From Parcubacteria group bacterium (GTDB lineage: Bacteria; Patescibacteriota; Minisyncoccia; Phycocordibacterales; UBA2135), in the NCBI GenBank assembly GCA_016180525.1, contig JACPBB010000002.1, forward strand, positions 48,824 to 112,823: a stretch of 64,000 nucleotides of DNA, read 5' to 3'. The translations under genes and the position numbers were made by a program. Each line of letters begins with the position of its first letter. The first letter of the stretch is position 1. Shown here in pieces: positions 19,130 through 27,483 of the stretch. The notes under the pieces are model-generated. The model saw only the letters and a program-made list of their open reading frames with translations. It was not told the DNA's origin and made no database searches.

Positions 19130-19723
19130 ATGAAACAAATGAGATACTTTGGATTCTTGTTTTCCATCTTTGCGCTCATTTTTGCCTTGACATTACAAAA
19201 TAGCGCAGAGGCGGCTCTCCCGTCGCCGCAGGAAAACGCTCGTCCGGAAAACGTTACACCACTTTCGGTCTCCAAAACATGGACCATTCCTCAAGAAAAA
19301 AGAAGCGCCTACTATCCGAACGCGGAAGCGTTCGAGGCGATGGTAGACAACCTTCACGTGCGTGGAACCGACGCGGGAGAGGGCACGCACAGGGTGATCC
19401 TGACGCTCACCGCCGGCACCCCCCGCACTGAGGGCTCGGTTGCGTACTTCTTCATATCCCCAATTGCGTTTGAAGGTATATTCATGTGGATGCTCGAAGA
19501 ATACGAAGAGCGTGAAGGAGGTCTCAACGTGAGGTTCTGGTTCTTCTCCGATGAAATTCGGAGTTACGAAGCGGATCTGTTTGGCGGTGCGCCACCCAGT
19601 CCGTCAGAATATTTCATGCCAGAGAATCCGGGATGGGACACGGCAGTGAAGAAATCCCGTCTTGCGTGGAAATTGCTCTGTGAGAAATACGGATGCATCC
19701 CGCACCGCTATAACGCGTTCTAA
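19130..19723 (+). CDS. Secreted hypothetical protein
   Basis: Signal peptide ending AEA; GC-richer than flanks; own promoter and terminator. Confidence 0.7.
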   Translation: MKQMRYFGFLFSIFALIFALTLQNSAEAALPSPQENARPENVTPLSVSKTWTIPQEKRSAYYPNAEAFEAMVDNLHVRGTDAGEGTHRVILTLTAGTPRTEGSVAYFFISPIAFEGIFMWMLEEYEEREGGLNVRFWFFSDEIRSYEADLFGGAPPSPSEYFMPENPGWDTAVKKSRLAWKLLCEKYGCIPHRYNAF

Positions 19724-19757
19724 TCAGAAAATTCTCCCGCCACCGTGGCAAAACTCG

Positions 19758-19790
19758 ACAACCCTTGCGAAAGTAGGGGTTGCTTTTTTT
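19758..19790 (+). terminator. Intrinsic terminator
   Basis: CAACCCTTGC-GAAA-GTAGGGGTTGCTTTTTTT. Confidence 0.75.
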
Positions 19791-19813
19791 ATAAAAATAT
19801 TACGCAAAAAATT

Positions 19814-20560
19814 TTAATATCCTCCGACAATAATACTCTCTCCTGAAACGGCGGTTGCCAGATCCGAAGCTAGAAACAAACAAGCGTTCGCAATATCAAC
19901 AGATGTTGGTAATTTTTTTAAAAATGTCTGGTCTGCGATAGAAGAATATTTTTTTGAAAAATTTTCATCATTCTCTTTGTTGACAAAGCCCGGAATAACC
20001 GCGTTTATTCTAATACCGTCCTCGCCGAGTTCTTTTGCAAGTCCTAGCGTCAAAGACAAAAGAGCTCCTTTTGAAACAATATAATGAATCCCCGTCTGAG
20101 AAAAAAGTGGCCTCAAGGCGGCAATTGAGGAGATGTTTATTATAGATGGATTTAATCTTTGTTTTAAAAGCGGAGTCATTTTTTTTATTAAATGAAACAC
20201 TCCAAAAAAATTCGTTCGTAGAGCGTCTTCCCATATTTCATCACTTATATTCTCAAGAGAGTTCCATTGTCGAAGCGCGGCGTTATTTATGAGAATATCA
20301 AGGTGCCCAAAACGATTCTTAATTTGAGAAACAATCTCTTCAACTGCTCCTGCGTCTCCGATATCAGCAGATATGCCAATTACTGCATACCCCTTTCCTT
20401 CAAAAATATCTACCACTTTCTGAACAGTATTTTTCACCCTTCCATTAATAATTATTTTAGCCCCCTGTTCAGCAAATGCTTCGGCAATAACATACCCAAT
20501 TCCACGTGTAGATCCGGTTACCAAAACAACTCTCTCTGTAAAATTTAAATATTGCTTCAT
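19814..20560 (-). CDS. SDR family oxidoreductase (FabG-like)
   Basis: TGSTRGIG, NNAA, NISS, YIVSK catalytic motif, RINAVIPG. Confidence 0.93.
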   Translation of the reverse strand: MKQYLNFTERVVLVTGSTRGIGYVIAEAFAEQGAKIIINGRVKNTVQKVVDIFEGKGYAVIGISADIGDAGAVEEIVSQIKNRFGHLDILINNAALRQWNSLENISDEIWEDALRTNFFGVFHLIKKMTPLLKQRLNPSIINISSIAALRPLFSQTGIHYIVSKGALLSLTLGLAKELGEDGIRINAVIPGFVNKENDENFSKKYSSIADQTFLKKLPTSVDIANACLFLASDLATAVSGESIIVGGY

Positions 20561-20604
20561 GCCCCATTCGTTTTTGAATTAGAATTCATTGAATAAAGTT
20601 TTGT

Positions 20605-22251
20605 CTAATTAGTAGCGGAAATCGCAACAATGTCTGCTAAAAAATCATTGTTGTTAAGAAAACCACTAATAATACCTGTAAGAGAATCCTTTTTTGTAAA
20701 ACAAAAATAATAATAATTTTTATTCCCCGCAGAAAATGTAAAGCTGACACAATTGCCCTTTATAACAAAATTGTCAAGTGATCCATCTTCTGCACCAATA
20801 CTTGATTCAAAAAATCGTCCCGATAACGCTTCTTTGCCGGATGAATGGGAAAAGCTCATTTTAAATGTTCCTGAACTAAATCTCCCCGGACCTTCAGTTC
20901 GTTCCCATGACACGTTCCATGGAGAATTTTGTACAAGAATTTCCGCAAAAGACTTTGAGCCGCTGGGGGTATTTGTTTCTAATTTTAACAAAATCTCAGA
21001 AAGACGGAAGCCACGAGTTGCTCTATTGTTGGCTGAATTTATTTCAAGTGCATTTTTGTACGCAGGTTGTGCTAACTCAAATTCGCCTAGTCTCATATAA
21101 ATATCTCCAAGAACACGATACGGCGCGCTAATTTTGTCCAGCCTTTCGGGGGTATTGTATCCACGAACTTCATATCCTGGAAAGTCTTTAAACGGCTTGT
21201 CTAAATCATGATTAAACTCAACCGCAGAAAGAGCATATTTTTCCGCTTCTTCCATTTTCCCAAGAGCAAGTTTTGCTTCTGCCAAAACATGCAACGCAAA
21301 TACTTTAAAGTATGGGGGCATAAATTCTAAAAATTTTTCATCATTCACCACTCGTTCTAGATGACGCTCTTCTTCTATATAATTATTTTTTGAAAGCGCC
21401 CTCATCCCAATGGTGTAGTTTTTAAACATTTCTTCGGTTTCTTTCATCACGATTCCGCGTGGAGGATATGGTGTCTCTTCTAAATTTTTTATTTTATTTA
21501 ATGCCATTGCTAAATTTTTAGGCTGAATAATAAGATATTGATTCTGGCCACTTGGTGACATTATATTTTGCAATCTTTGAAAGTCTTTAAAACTTAATTC
21601 ATAATTATTTCCAAGCCAATAACTCTGAAATATCAATTTTCCATTGGGTTCGTCAATGCCAATAAGTACTGTCGCGGGATAATAATGAAATGTTGAATTA
21701 AAAGGTTGGCTCTCCGTTAATGGCAGGAGCAAAAAAAGTGGAGTTCTCACTTCTTCATTAATATATTTTTTTACTTCGTTAAGGGTAAGTCGTTCTTTTT
21801 TTACCACGTAATATCCAGTCTCCTGAACATATTTCTCCACACCATCAGTTGAGAAATCAAATGAACCTGACCTTACCAACCTCTCAGTAATTTCCGCGGG
21901 GGTTATCTTTCCCGGATTCCAATATTCTAACACTGAGGCCACCGCCCCGCTTACATCACCTACAATAAAACTATTTTTCCCAATATGATTATGGACACCA
22001 ACATACGGAACTCCTGGAATTGTGTATCTAAACGTTCCTGCGGGTATACGAACAGATTCTGTACCACCAATAACTTCTCTAATTTCTCCTGGCTTTATTA
22101 TTGACTCAAGCGAGGAGGTTTTTAAAGAAAAAAAGTACCAGGTAAAACCTCCCGCAACAAGCAGTAAAAGAACGCTTACCCAAGCAACAATAGTTACTGG
22201 AGTTGCTAATTTATTTTGATCAAAGGCATTCTTTTGATTATTGTCTTCCAT
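20605..22251 (-). CDS. Membrane-anchored C39-peptidase-like + TPR + beta-barrel domain protein
   Basis: TM; IPGVPY...AVASVLEYW...HY...VLIGID...LSF.DF (C39-like); TPR helices; C-terminal domain similar to the 32846-33277 product. Confidence 0.6.
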   Translation of the reverse strand: MEDNNQKNAFDQNKLATPVTIVAWVSVLLLLVAGGFTWYFFSLKTSSLESIIKPGEIREVIGGTESVRIPAGTFRYTIPGVPYVGVHNHIGKNSFIVGDVSGAVASVLEYWNPGKITPAEITERLVRSGSFDFSTDGVEKYVQETGYYVVKKERLTLNEVKKYINEEVRTPLFLLLPLTESQPFNSTFHYYPATVLIGIDEPNGKLIFQSYWLGNNYELSFKDFQRLQNIMSPSGQNQYLIIQPKNLAMALNKIKNLEETPYPPRGIVMKETEEMFKNYTIGMRALSKNNYIEEERHLERVVNDEKFLEFMPPYFKVFALHVLAEAKLALGKMEEAEKYALSAVEFNHDLDKPFKDFPGYEVRGYNTPERLDKISAPYRVLGDIYMRLGEFELAQPAYKNALEINSANNRATRGFRLSEILLKLETNTPSGSKSFAEILVQNSPWNVSWERTEGPGRFSSGTFKMSFSHSSGKEALSGRFFESSIGAEDGSLDNFVIKGNCVSFTFSAGNKNYYYFCFTKKDSLTGIISGFLNNNDFLADIVAISATN

Positions 22252-22308
22252 GTTGTTTATGCTTTTTGTACGCGCTCATCGCCAATTAAGACAAAAAGAG
22301 AAAGCGAC

Positions 22309-23208
22309 TTATGCCGTATTGCCAAACGAAATAAGTTTATTTGCAAAAGACAACATTGCCTCTCTTGCTCCTTTCTTATTTATCGAAACATGGGGCATAA
22401 CTCCTAAGATTTTATGAATGTCAAATTCTTTTTTCTTGTTAAAAATTTCTCCGGCAGTCCAATCTCTGTAATGTGCTCGAAGCAGTAAGTATGCTTCTCT
22501 GCTTTTATCTTCTACTTGCCCTGTAATTTCTATAGATTCGCTGGGCTCAAGCAAAAGGCCGTCACTGTCTTTCATTTTTTTCCATATGTTTTGTGTATTT
22601 CCGATGGCGTGCGCCTTAGATGTGTTTTTTGTTTTTATGTTCTGATGATTAACCCCCTCCGTCTTCTCAATGGCATTTTCTTCAAATACATGAATGTCTT
22701 TAAATTTTGAATCAACTATTAATTCTGTGTTTTTAGGATACACGACCCGAAGTAGGGAAAGATGGTCAATAAAACTTTCTTCGGGCTCAATTTCTTTTAT
22801 CTGAGCAATAAAGTGTCCATCCCTCAGTTGTACATTATTCTGAATTCGATATAGATCCGGCGTAATCTTTCCGCTTTCATACATTTGCATTCCTTCCTTT
22901 TTATTAGTAAACAACGTATTAGGTTTCCCAAACAAAAAATCATTTTCAAATATAAATGTTTTCCCGTTCCACGTAGATATAAAAGGGGTACTGAAACCGC
23001 CGTCATGATCTGCACAACCGCTGTCACAGCCACCGTCGCCGCCACCGTCGGCTCCATCACCGCTAGAGTCAAGTATAAAAAAGGGGGAAAGAAAAACGCC
23101 CATACTCATCTCAAAATACTGAGAGGCAATGAGCATCGCTAGTAAAGAAACTATCTTTATTAGAAATGATTTTTCGATTACGAAACATTTTGTAATTGAA
23201 GTTTGCAT
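22309..23208 (-). CDS. Membrane-anchored protein with Gly/Asp/Cys-rich segment and an (S/C)PF..WNG-type domain (N-half)
   Basis: Hydrophobic N-terminus; DSSGDGADGGGDGGCDSGC; STPFISTWNG...END...PDLY...IKE.E.EES.IDHLSL. Confidence 0.7.
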   Translation of the reverse strand: MQTSITKCFVIEKSFLIKIVSLLAMLIASQYFEMSMGVFLSPFFILDSSGDGADGGGDGGCDSGCADHDGGFSTPFISTWNGKTFIFENDFLFGKPNTLFTNKKEGMQMYESGKITPDLYRIQNNVQLRDGHFIAQIKEIEPEESFIDHLSLLRVVYPKNTELIVDSKFKDIHVFEENAIEKTEGVNHQNIKTKNTSKAHAIGNTQNIWKKMKDSDGLLLEPSESIEITGQVEDKSREAYLLLRAHYRDWTAGEIFNKKKEFDIHKILGVMPHVSINKKGAREAMLSFANKLISFGNTA

Positions 23209-23226
23209 ATATATTTTAAAGATATT

Positions 23227-24018
23227 TTATGACAAAACCGGATTCTTGCCCTTATTTTGATATGTATTAAGCGTGTATAATTTTTTTAAAAATGATTTTG
23301 AGTCCAAATCAAGCCGTCCTGCCCAATCCCCCGCTTCTTTTTGGGCCTCTTCGCTTGCCGCTGTGTACACGCCCCCTGCTTGAAGCATAAAAGCATATTG
23401 TTCGTTAGAGGAAATATTCGGCTTCACTACTTTAAAAGAAACGTCAACGACATCGCCTGGGATTGTGTGGAGATATTCACCAGAGCGTGGAGAATTAAGA
23501 ATCCTTGCATAATCTTTTTCTTCTCTTTTATGATATGCTCTCGCAACTGAAAATTGTTCTGTCTCGTAAGAAAGATTTTTCTTTGGAGAAATGAGTCCGG
23601 CAAAATATACCTTATGTTTTTTTGTCGCAGTTACCCGCAATTGCACATTTCCCCTTTTTTGTATTGCTTCTTTGGGAATAGTAATTGTATTCAATGTCGG
23701 CTGATAATACCGTGGTGAATAAATATCAAGTGGCACAAAAGAAATACCGTTCCAATATTCAATTATTAAAGAGCATCCTCCGCCAGACCCGCCACCGCAT
23801 CCAGGTGGGGGGGGCGGGGGTGGAGTATCGGCGTGTGCCAAGGGAGTACCCTTTGTAGAACCAAATAAAATATTGTGCGCCTTTTGAGAAAGCGTGAGTG
23901 TTTTGCCCTCATCGCCTTGACTCCCAGAGATTGTTTTAAGTACAAAAAGAATAAACAATCCAAATAAAAGCGCTATTCCTTTAAATATTTTTTTTATTTT
24001 ATTTTGCGTGTAAACCAT
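23227..24018 (-). CDS. Membrane-anchored protein with AHA-D-P7-GCGGGSGGGC segment and globular domain (probable C-half)
   Basis: TM; AHADTPPPPPPPGCGGGSGGGCS; ...Y....GD.V.VSF...F.L...G.Y. Confidence 0.7.
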   Translation of the reverse strand: MVYTQNKIKKIFKGIALLFGLFILFVLKTISGSQGDEGKTLTLSQKAHNILFGSTKGTPLAHADTPPPPPPPGCGGGSGGGCSLIIEYWNGISFVPLDIYSPRYYQPTLNTITIPKEAIQKRGNVQLRVTATKKHKVYFAGLISPKKNLSYETEQFSVARAYHKREEKDYARILNSPRSGEYLHTIPGDVVDVSFKVVKPNISSNEQYAFMLQAGGVYTAASEEAQKEAGDWAGRLDLDSKSFLKKLYTLNTYQNKGKNPVLS

Positions 24019-24021
24019 AAT

Positions 24022-24130
24022 GCCTACGAGTAATTATGAAAATTACAAAAATTTATAAAAATAACTATAAAAAGCGCGAATACAACATTATATCATAAAT
24101 ACGACAGAGCCTACGAGCAATTATGAAAAT
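24022..24130. repeat. 22 bp direct repeat pair in the divergent promoter region
   Basis: GCCTACGAGTAATTATGAAAAT (24022-24043) and GCCTACGAGCAATTATGAAAAT (24109-24130), one mismatch. Confidence 0.8.
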
Positions 24131-24175
24131 GATACAAAATTGGTGTATTTATAGTATATTATACATACTATCCTT

Positions 24176-25666
24176 ATGAAAGAGTTTGATGTGGAAGTTA
24201 CCACAAACGTTGTGGAATATTTAAAACAAAGACATTTTCGTCCATATAAGCGAAGCATTTTAAAGTTATGCCTAAAAATGCTTGAAAAATACACGGGAGA
24301 GAATATTACTATACCCGTCTCTCGAGAGCTTCAATTACTTGGAGGAACATCGGTTTATCTTTGGAATTCAATAGAGACGCTCTACGCACTGCAGTCTTTG
24401 GGTATCGTTTCGCATTTCTCAAAAAATATGCACTACCCAGACGAGCCGCGTCTTCACGGATATAGCGCGGCATATTCAACCTCAGCAAATCGTTCACTAA
24501 GTAGAGCAAGCGGGGTTGATTTCTTTGACAAAAAAAAGGCTTTCTTCCGAATGCTTGGCGAATCAGTTGAGCGGCATTTGTGGTCTTGCACAGATTTTTT
24601 TTCAAGAAATCAAATAATGAAACCTTATAAAGAAATTAAAAATAAATCATTGAATATATTTTTACTTGCCGGATTCACGAAAGAACAAAAAAAACAATAT
24701 AGAGAGCTCCAGCTTACCGAAAATACACCACTTGCGTGGATTCCCGCCACATCACTTGTAAGTGAAAAGAAAATATGGTGTCCAACACAACTATTGAGCG
24801 TCCGTTATTTTAGAGAAAATGTGAGAACGCCAAAGAGACCCGCGAAACCAGAGCCAATGCTGCGGTGGTGTGTTACCACAGGTCTTGCAACGGGAAAAAC
24901 ACTAGAGGAAGCAATCGTTGCTGGGATATTGGAGGTAATAGAAAGAGACGCATTTATGATTACCTTTTTAAATAAACTCTCTCCTCCACTCATAGATTTG
25001 GAATATGTCGCAAGCCAAGACAAAGACATAGATACTATTTTGAAAAAATTTAAACGATACAATCTTGAAGTATATATGATCGCGCTTCCCACTGATTTTC
25101 CTGTACACGTTGTGTTGAGCCTCGTTATTGACCCATCGGGACGAGGCCCGGCTACAAGTGTGGGAGCAAGTGCTGATTTTGATTTAAAAAGATGCATCCT
25201 TGACGCATTATCTGAATCTCTCTCAGTAAGATACAATATAAAAAATAAATACAAGGATCCGATTGATTTGCAACATATTGGAAGAGAAGAGAGAATATTA
25301 TATTGGGCAAAAGAAGAAAACGTGCCTGGTCTTGAATTTTTAACAAAAGGGAAAAAAAATAAAGTTGAGTTAAATAAACAACATGTTTCGCAAAACTCAG
25401 AGATTCGTCATGACAAAAAACAACTTGATACACTTAGAGTAGAATTTAAAAAACAAAATCAAGAAGTATGTTTTGTAGAGCTTTCCTCAAAAGAAACCAG
25501 AAAACTTGGCTTTAGAACGGTTTTTGTGGTTGCTCCGGAAATGCAGCCAATGCACCTTGATGAATCAATCCCCTATTTTGGTGGCAAGCGCCTCAAGGAA
25601 GTACCTGAGAAACTGGGATACAAACCAGCGAAAGAATTAAATAAGGAGCCACATCCCTTTCCTTAA
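24176..25666 (+). CDS. YcaO family ATP-dependent cyclodehydratase
   Basis: GESVER, TTGLATG..LEEAI..GILEVIERDA, ALSE, C-terminal PHPFP. Confidence 0.93.
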   Translation: MKEFDVEVTTNVVEYLKQRHFRPYKRSILKLCLKMLEKYTGENITIPVSRELQLLGGTSVYLWNSIETLYALQSLGIVSHFSKNMHYPDEPRLHGYSAAYSTSANRSLSRASGVDFFDKKKAFFRMLGESVERHLWSCTDFFSRNQIMKPYKEIKNKSLNIFLLAGFTKEQKKQYRELQLTENTPLAWIPATSLVSEKKIWCPTQLLSVRYFRENVRTPKRPAKPEPMLRWCVTTGLATGKTLEEAIVAGILEVIERDAFMITFLNKLSPPLIDLEYVASQDKDIDTILKKFKRYNLEVYMIALPTDFPVHVVLSLVIDPSGRGPATSVGASADFDLKRCILDALSESLSVRYNIKNKYKDPIDLQHIGREERILYWAKEENVPGLEFLTKGKKNKVELNKQHVSQNSEIRHDKKQLDTLRVEFKKQNQEVCFVELSSKETRKLGFRTVFVVAPEMQPMHLDESIPYFGGKRLKEVPEKLGYKPAKELNKEPHPFP

Positions 25667-25668
25667 TC

Positions 25669-26415
25669 ATGCTTTCTAAATTATTTCACAAAAAAATCAC
25701 AAATGAACGACCATATACACCAAGAGACCCAAAAGATTGGCCGATTTCATGGCGTACCGTGTATTTTAAAGAATACCCAAGATTTGATAGAGTAATGCTG
25801 CCAATAAATTTTTTAGAGCTGAAAAATTTAAAAGATGTTTTAGAAAAAAGACATTCTACCAGAACGTTTGACATAAAAAAAGAAATAACTCTACAGGAAC
25901 TCTCAACAATGCTTTATTATTCAGCCGGCATAAAAGGGACGCCTGGCAAATATAGAGACAAGCCGCAAATGGAAAAAAATAAATCAAGGCGATTCTATCC
26001 GTCCGGCGGAGAGCGATATCCGCTTGAAGTGTACGTCGCAATAAAGCGAATTTCCGAGATAAACTCTGGAATATACCACTATAACTTGCCCAATCACTCT
26101 CTTGAACAATTGTCAGATAAAGAATGTTTAAGCGAGTTTTATGAAGCACTTGGCGAACCATGGGCAAAAGACGCTGCGGTAGTTTTTATTATAACTGCTG
26201 TCTGGGATAGAAATTTTATAAAATATCAAGACTTCGGTTACAACATAATTCTTACCGAGACGGGACATATGGCTCAAAATCTAATTTTACTTTCAGAGTC
26301 TTTGGATCTACACTATTGTCCGTTTATTGGATTTGATAATAAAAAAATAAATAAAATTTTAGACATTGATGAGGAAAATGAGTCTTCTTTATATATGATT
26401 GCAGGAGGAAAATAG
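25669..26415 (+). CDS. SagB/ThcOx-type FMN-dependent dehydrogenase (nitroreductase fold)
   Basis: RHSTR.F, R.YPSGG.RYPLEVY, GIYHY....H.L, KY...GY.....E.GH.AQN. Confidence 0.92.
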   Translation: MLSKLFHKKITNERPYTPRDPKDWPISWRTVYFKEYPRFDRVMLPINFLELKNLKDVLEKRHSTRTFDIKKEITLQELSTMLYYSAGIKGTPGKYRDKPQMEKNKSRRFYPSGGERYPLEVYVAIKRISEINSGIYHYNLPNHSLEQLSDKECLSEFYEALGEPWAKDAAVVFIITAVWDRNFIKYQDFGYNIILTETGHMAQNLILLSESLDLHYCPFIGFDNKKINKILDIDEENESSLYMIAGGK

Positions 26416-26457
26416 TATTATTGATTCTTTAGAGAAATTTTATGTGCTATTAATTGT

Positions 26458-27483
26458 ATGTTTTTTATAAAAAACCTTTCACAAAACAACACAGAGCATG
26501 AAACCGTATTACAGGATCAGCTCTTGGCAACGCACTACTTAATTACTCTCACACACACAACACTTGAGCGTCTGGGCCTTTTTGATGTCTTGAGAAAAAA
26601 AACAGAGCCAGCAGCAATTGATGAGCTATCAAAAATAATAAAAGTAAGAACTGACATTTTAGAGGCTTGTATTAATTTCTTGTGGTCTACGACCAATTAT
26701 CTAGAAAAAAACGGGCAAAAAATTATTTTGAAAAATAATCCGCCAAAATGGTTTTGGATAGCAACGTATAAACCTGTATTTGACAACTTAGAAAGTTTAT
26801 TAAAAGGAACAAAAAAATATGGAAATGATGTTGTTCGTGATGGATATTATTTACAAAAAATGTCTATTACAATCAATAATCCGGTTGAAAATTATATAGT
26901 CCAACAGCTTCAAGAAATTAAAGAAAAAAGTATCCTTGTCGATTTGGGCTGCGGCCCAGGGACACTTCTTTCACGGGTAAGCGCTGCAAATCCATTAATA
27001 GAGGGGCTTGGCATAGATGTTGACCCAATCATAACCGACATTGCTCAAAAAAACGTAATGCGTTCGCGTCGTCCAATAAAAATTATCACGGCAGACGTGA
27101 CAAAAATACATTTCTGGAAAAAACACATTCCATCAAATGTAAATCTTATATTCTCAGCAAATTCCATACTCCATGAACTCTTACGAGACGGAGAAGAAAG
27201 GTTCATCTCTTTTTTAAAAACACTCAAGGGCGCGTTTCCGGGCTCTCGATTTTTTGTAACAGAAATTAACGCGCTTTCGCCTCAAGAAATAAAAAATATG
27301 CGGAGCAACGATTACAAATTTTTTATGGCAATGTTTATGTTCACCCATCCGCTTACTGAACAGGGATTGCCACGATCCAAAAAAGAATGGCTTTCTTTTT
27401 TTAAAAAAAGCCAGTGGTCCGTCATGCGAACAGAACAACCTAAAAATAATGACGCGCGAATTATCTATGACTGTCTCTTATGA
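26458..27483 (+). CDS. O/N-methyltransferase with N-terminal dimerisation/wHTH region
   Basis: LVDLGCGPG, GIDVD, SILHE, PRSKKEW. Confidence 0.88.
   Translation: MFFIKNLSQNNTEHETVLQDQLLATHYLITLTHTTLERLGLFDVLRKKTEPAAIDELSKIIKVRTDILEACINFLWSTTNYLEKNGQKIILKNNPPKWFWIATYKPVFDNLESLLKGTKKYGNDVVRDGYYLQKMSITINNPVENYIVQQLQEIKEKSILVDLGCGPGTLLSRVSAANPLIEGLGIDVDPIITDIAQKNVMRSRRPIKIITADVTKIHFWKKHIPSNVNLIFSANSILHELLRDGEERFISFLKTLKGAFPGSRFFVTEINALSPQEIKNMRSNDYKFFMAMFMFTHPLTEQGLPRSKKEWLSFFKKSQWSVMRTEQPKNNDARIIYDCLL

Noticed and set aside
24022-24130. Mini-CRISPR from the 22 bp repeat pair
   Set aside because: Only two units, a 65 bp gap, no palindrome and no cas genes.
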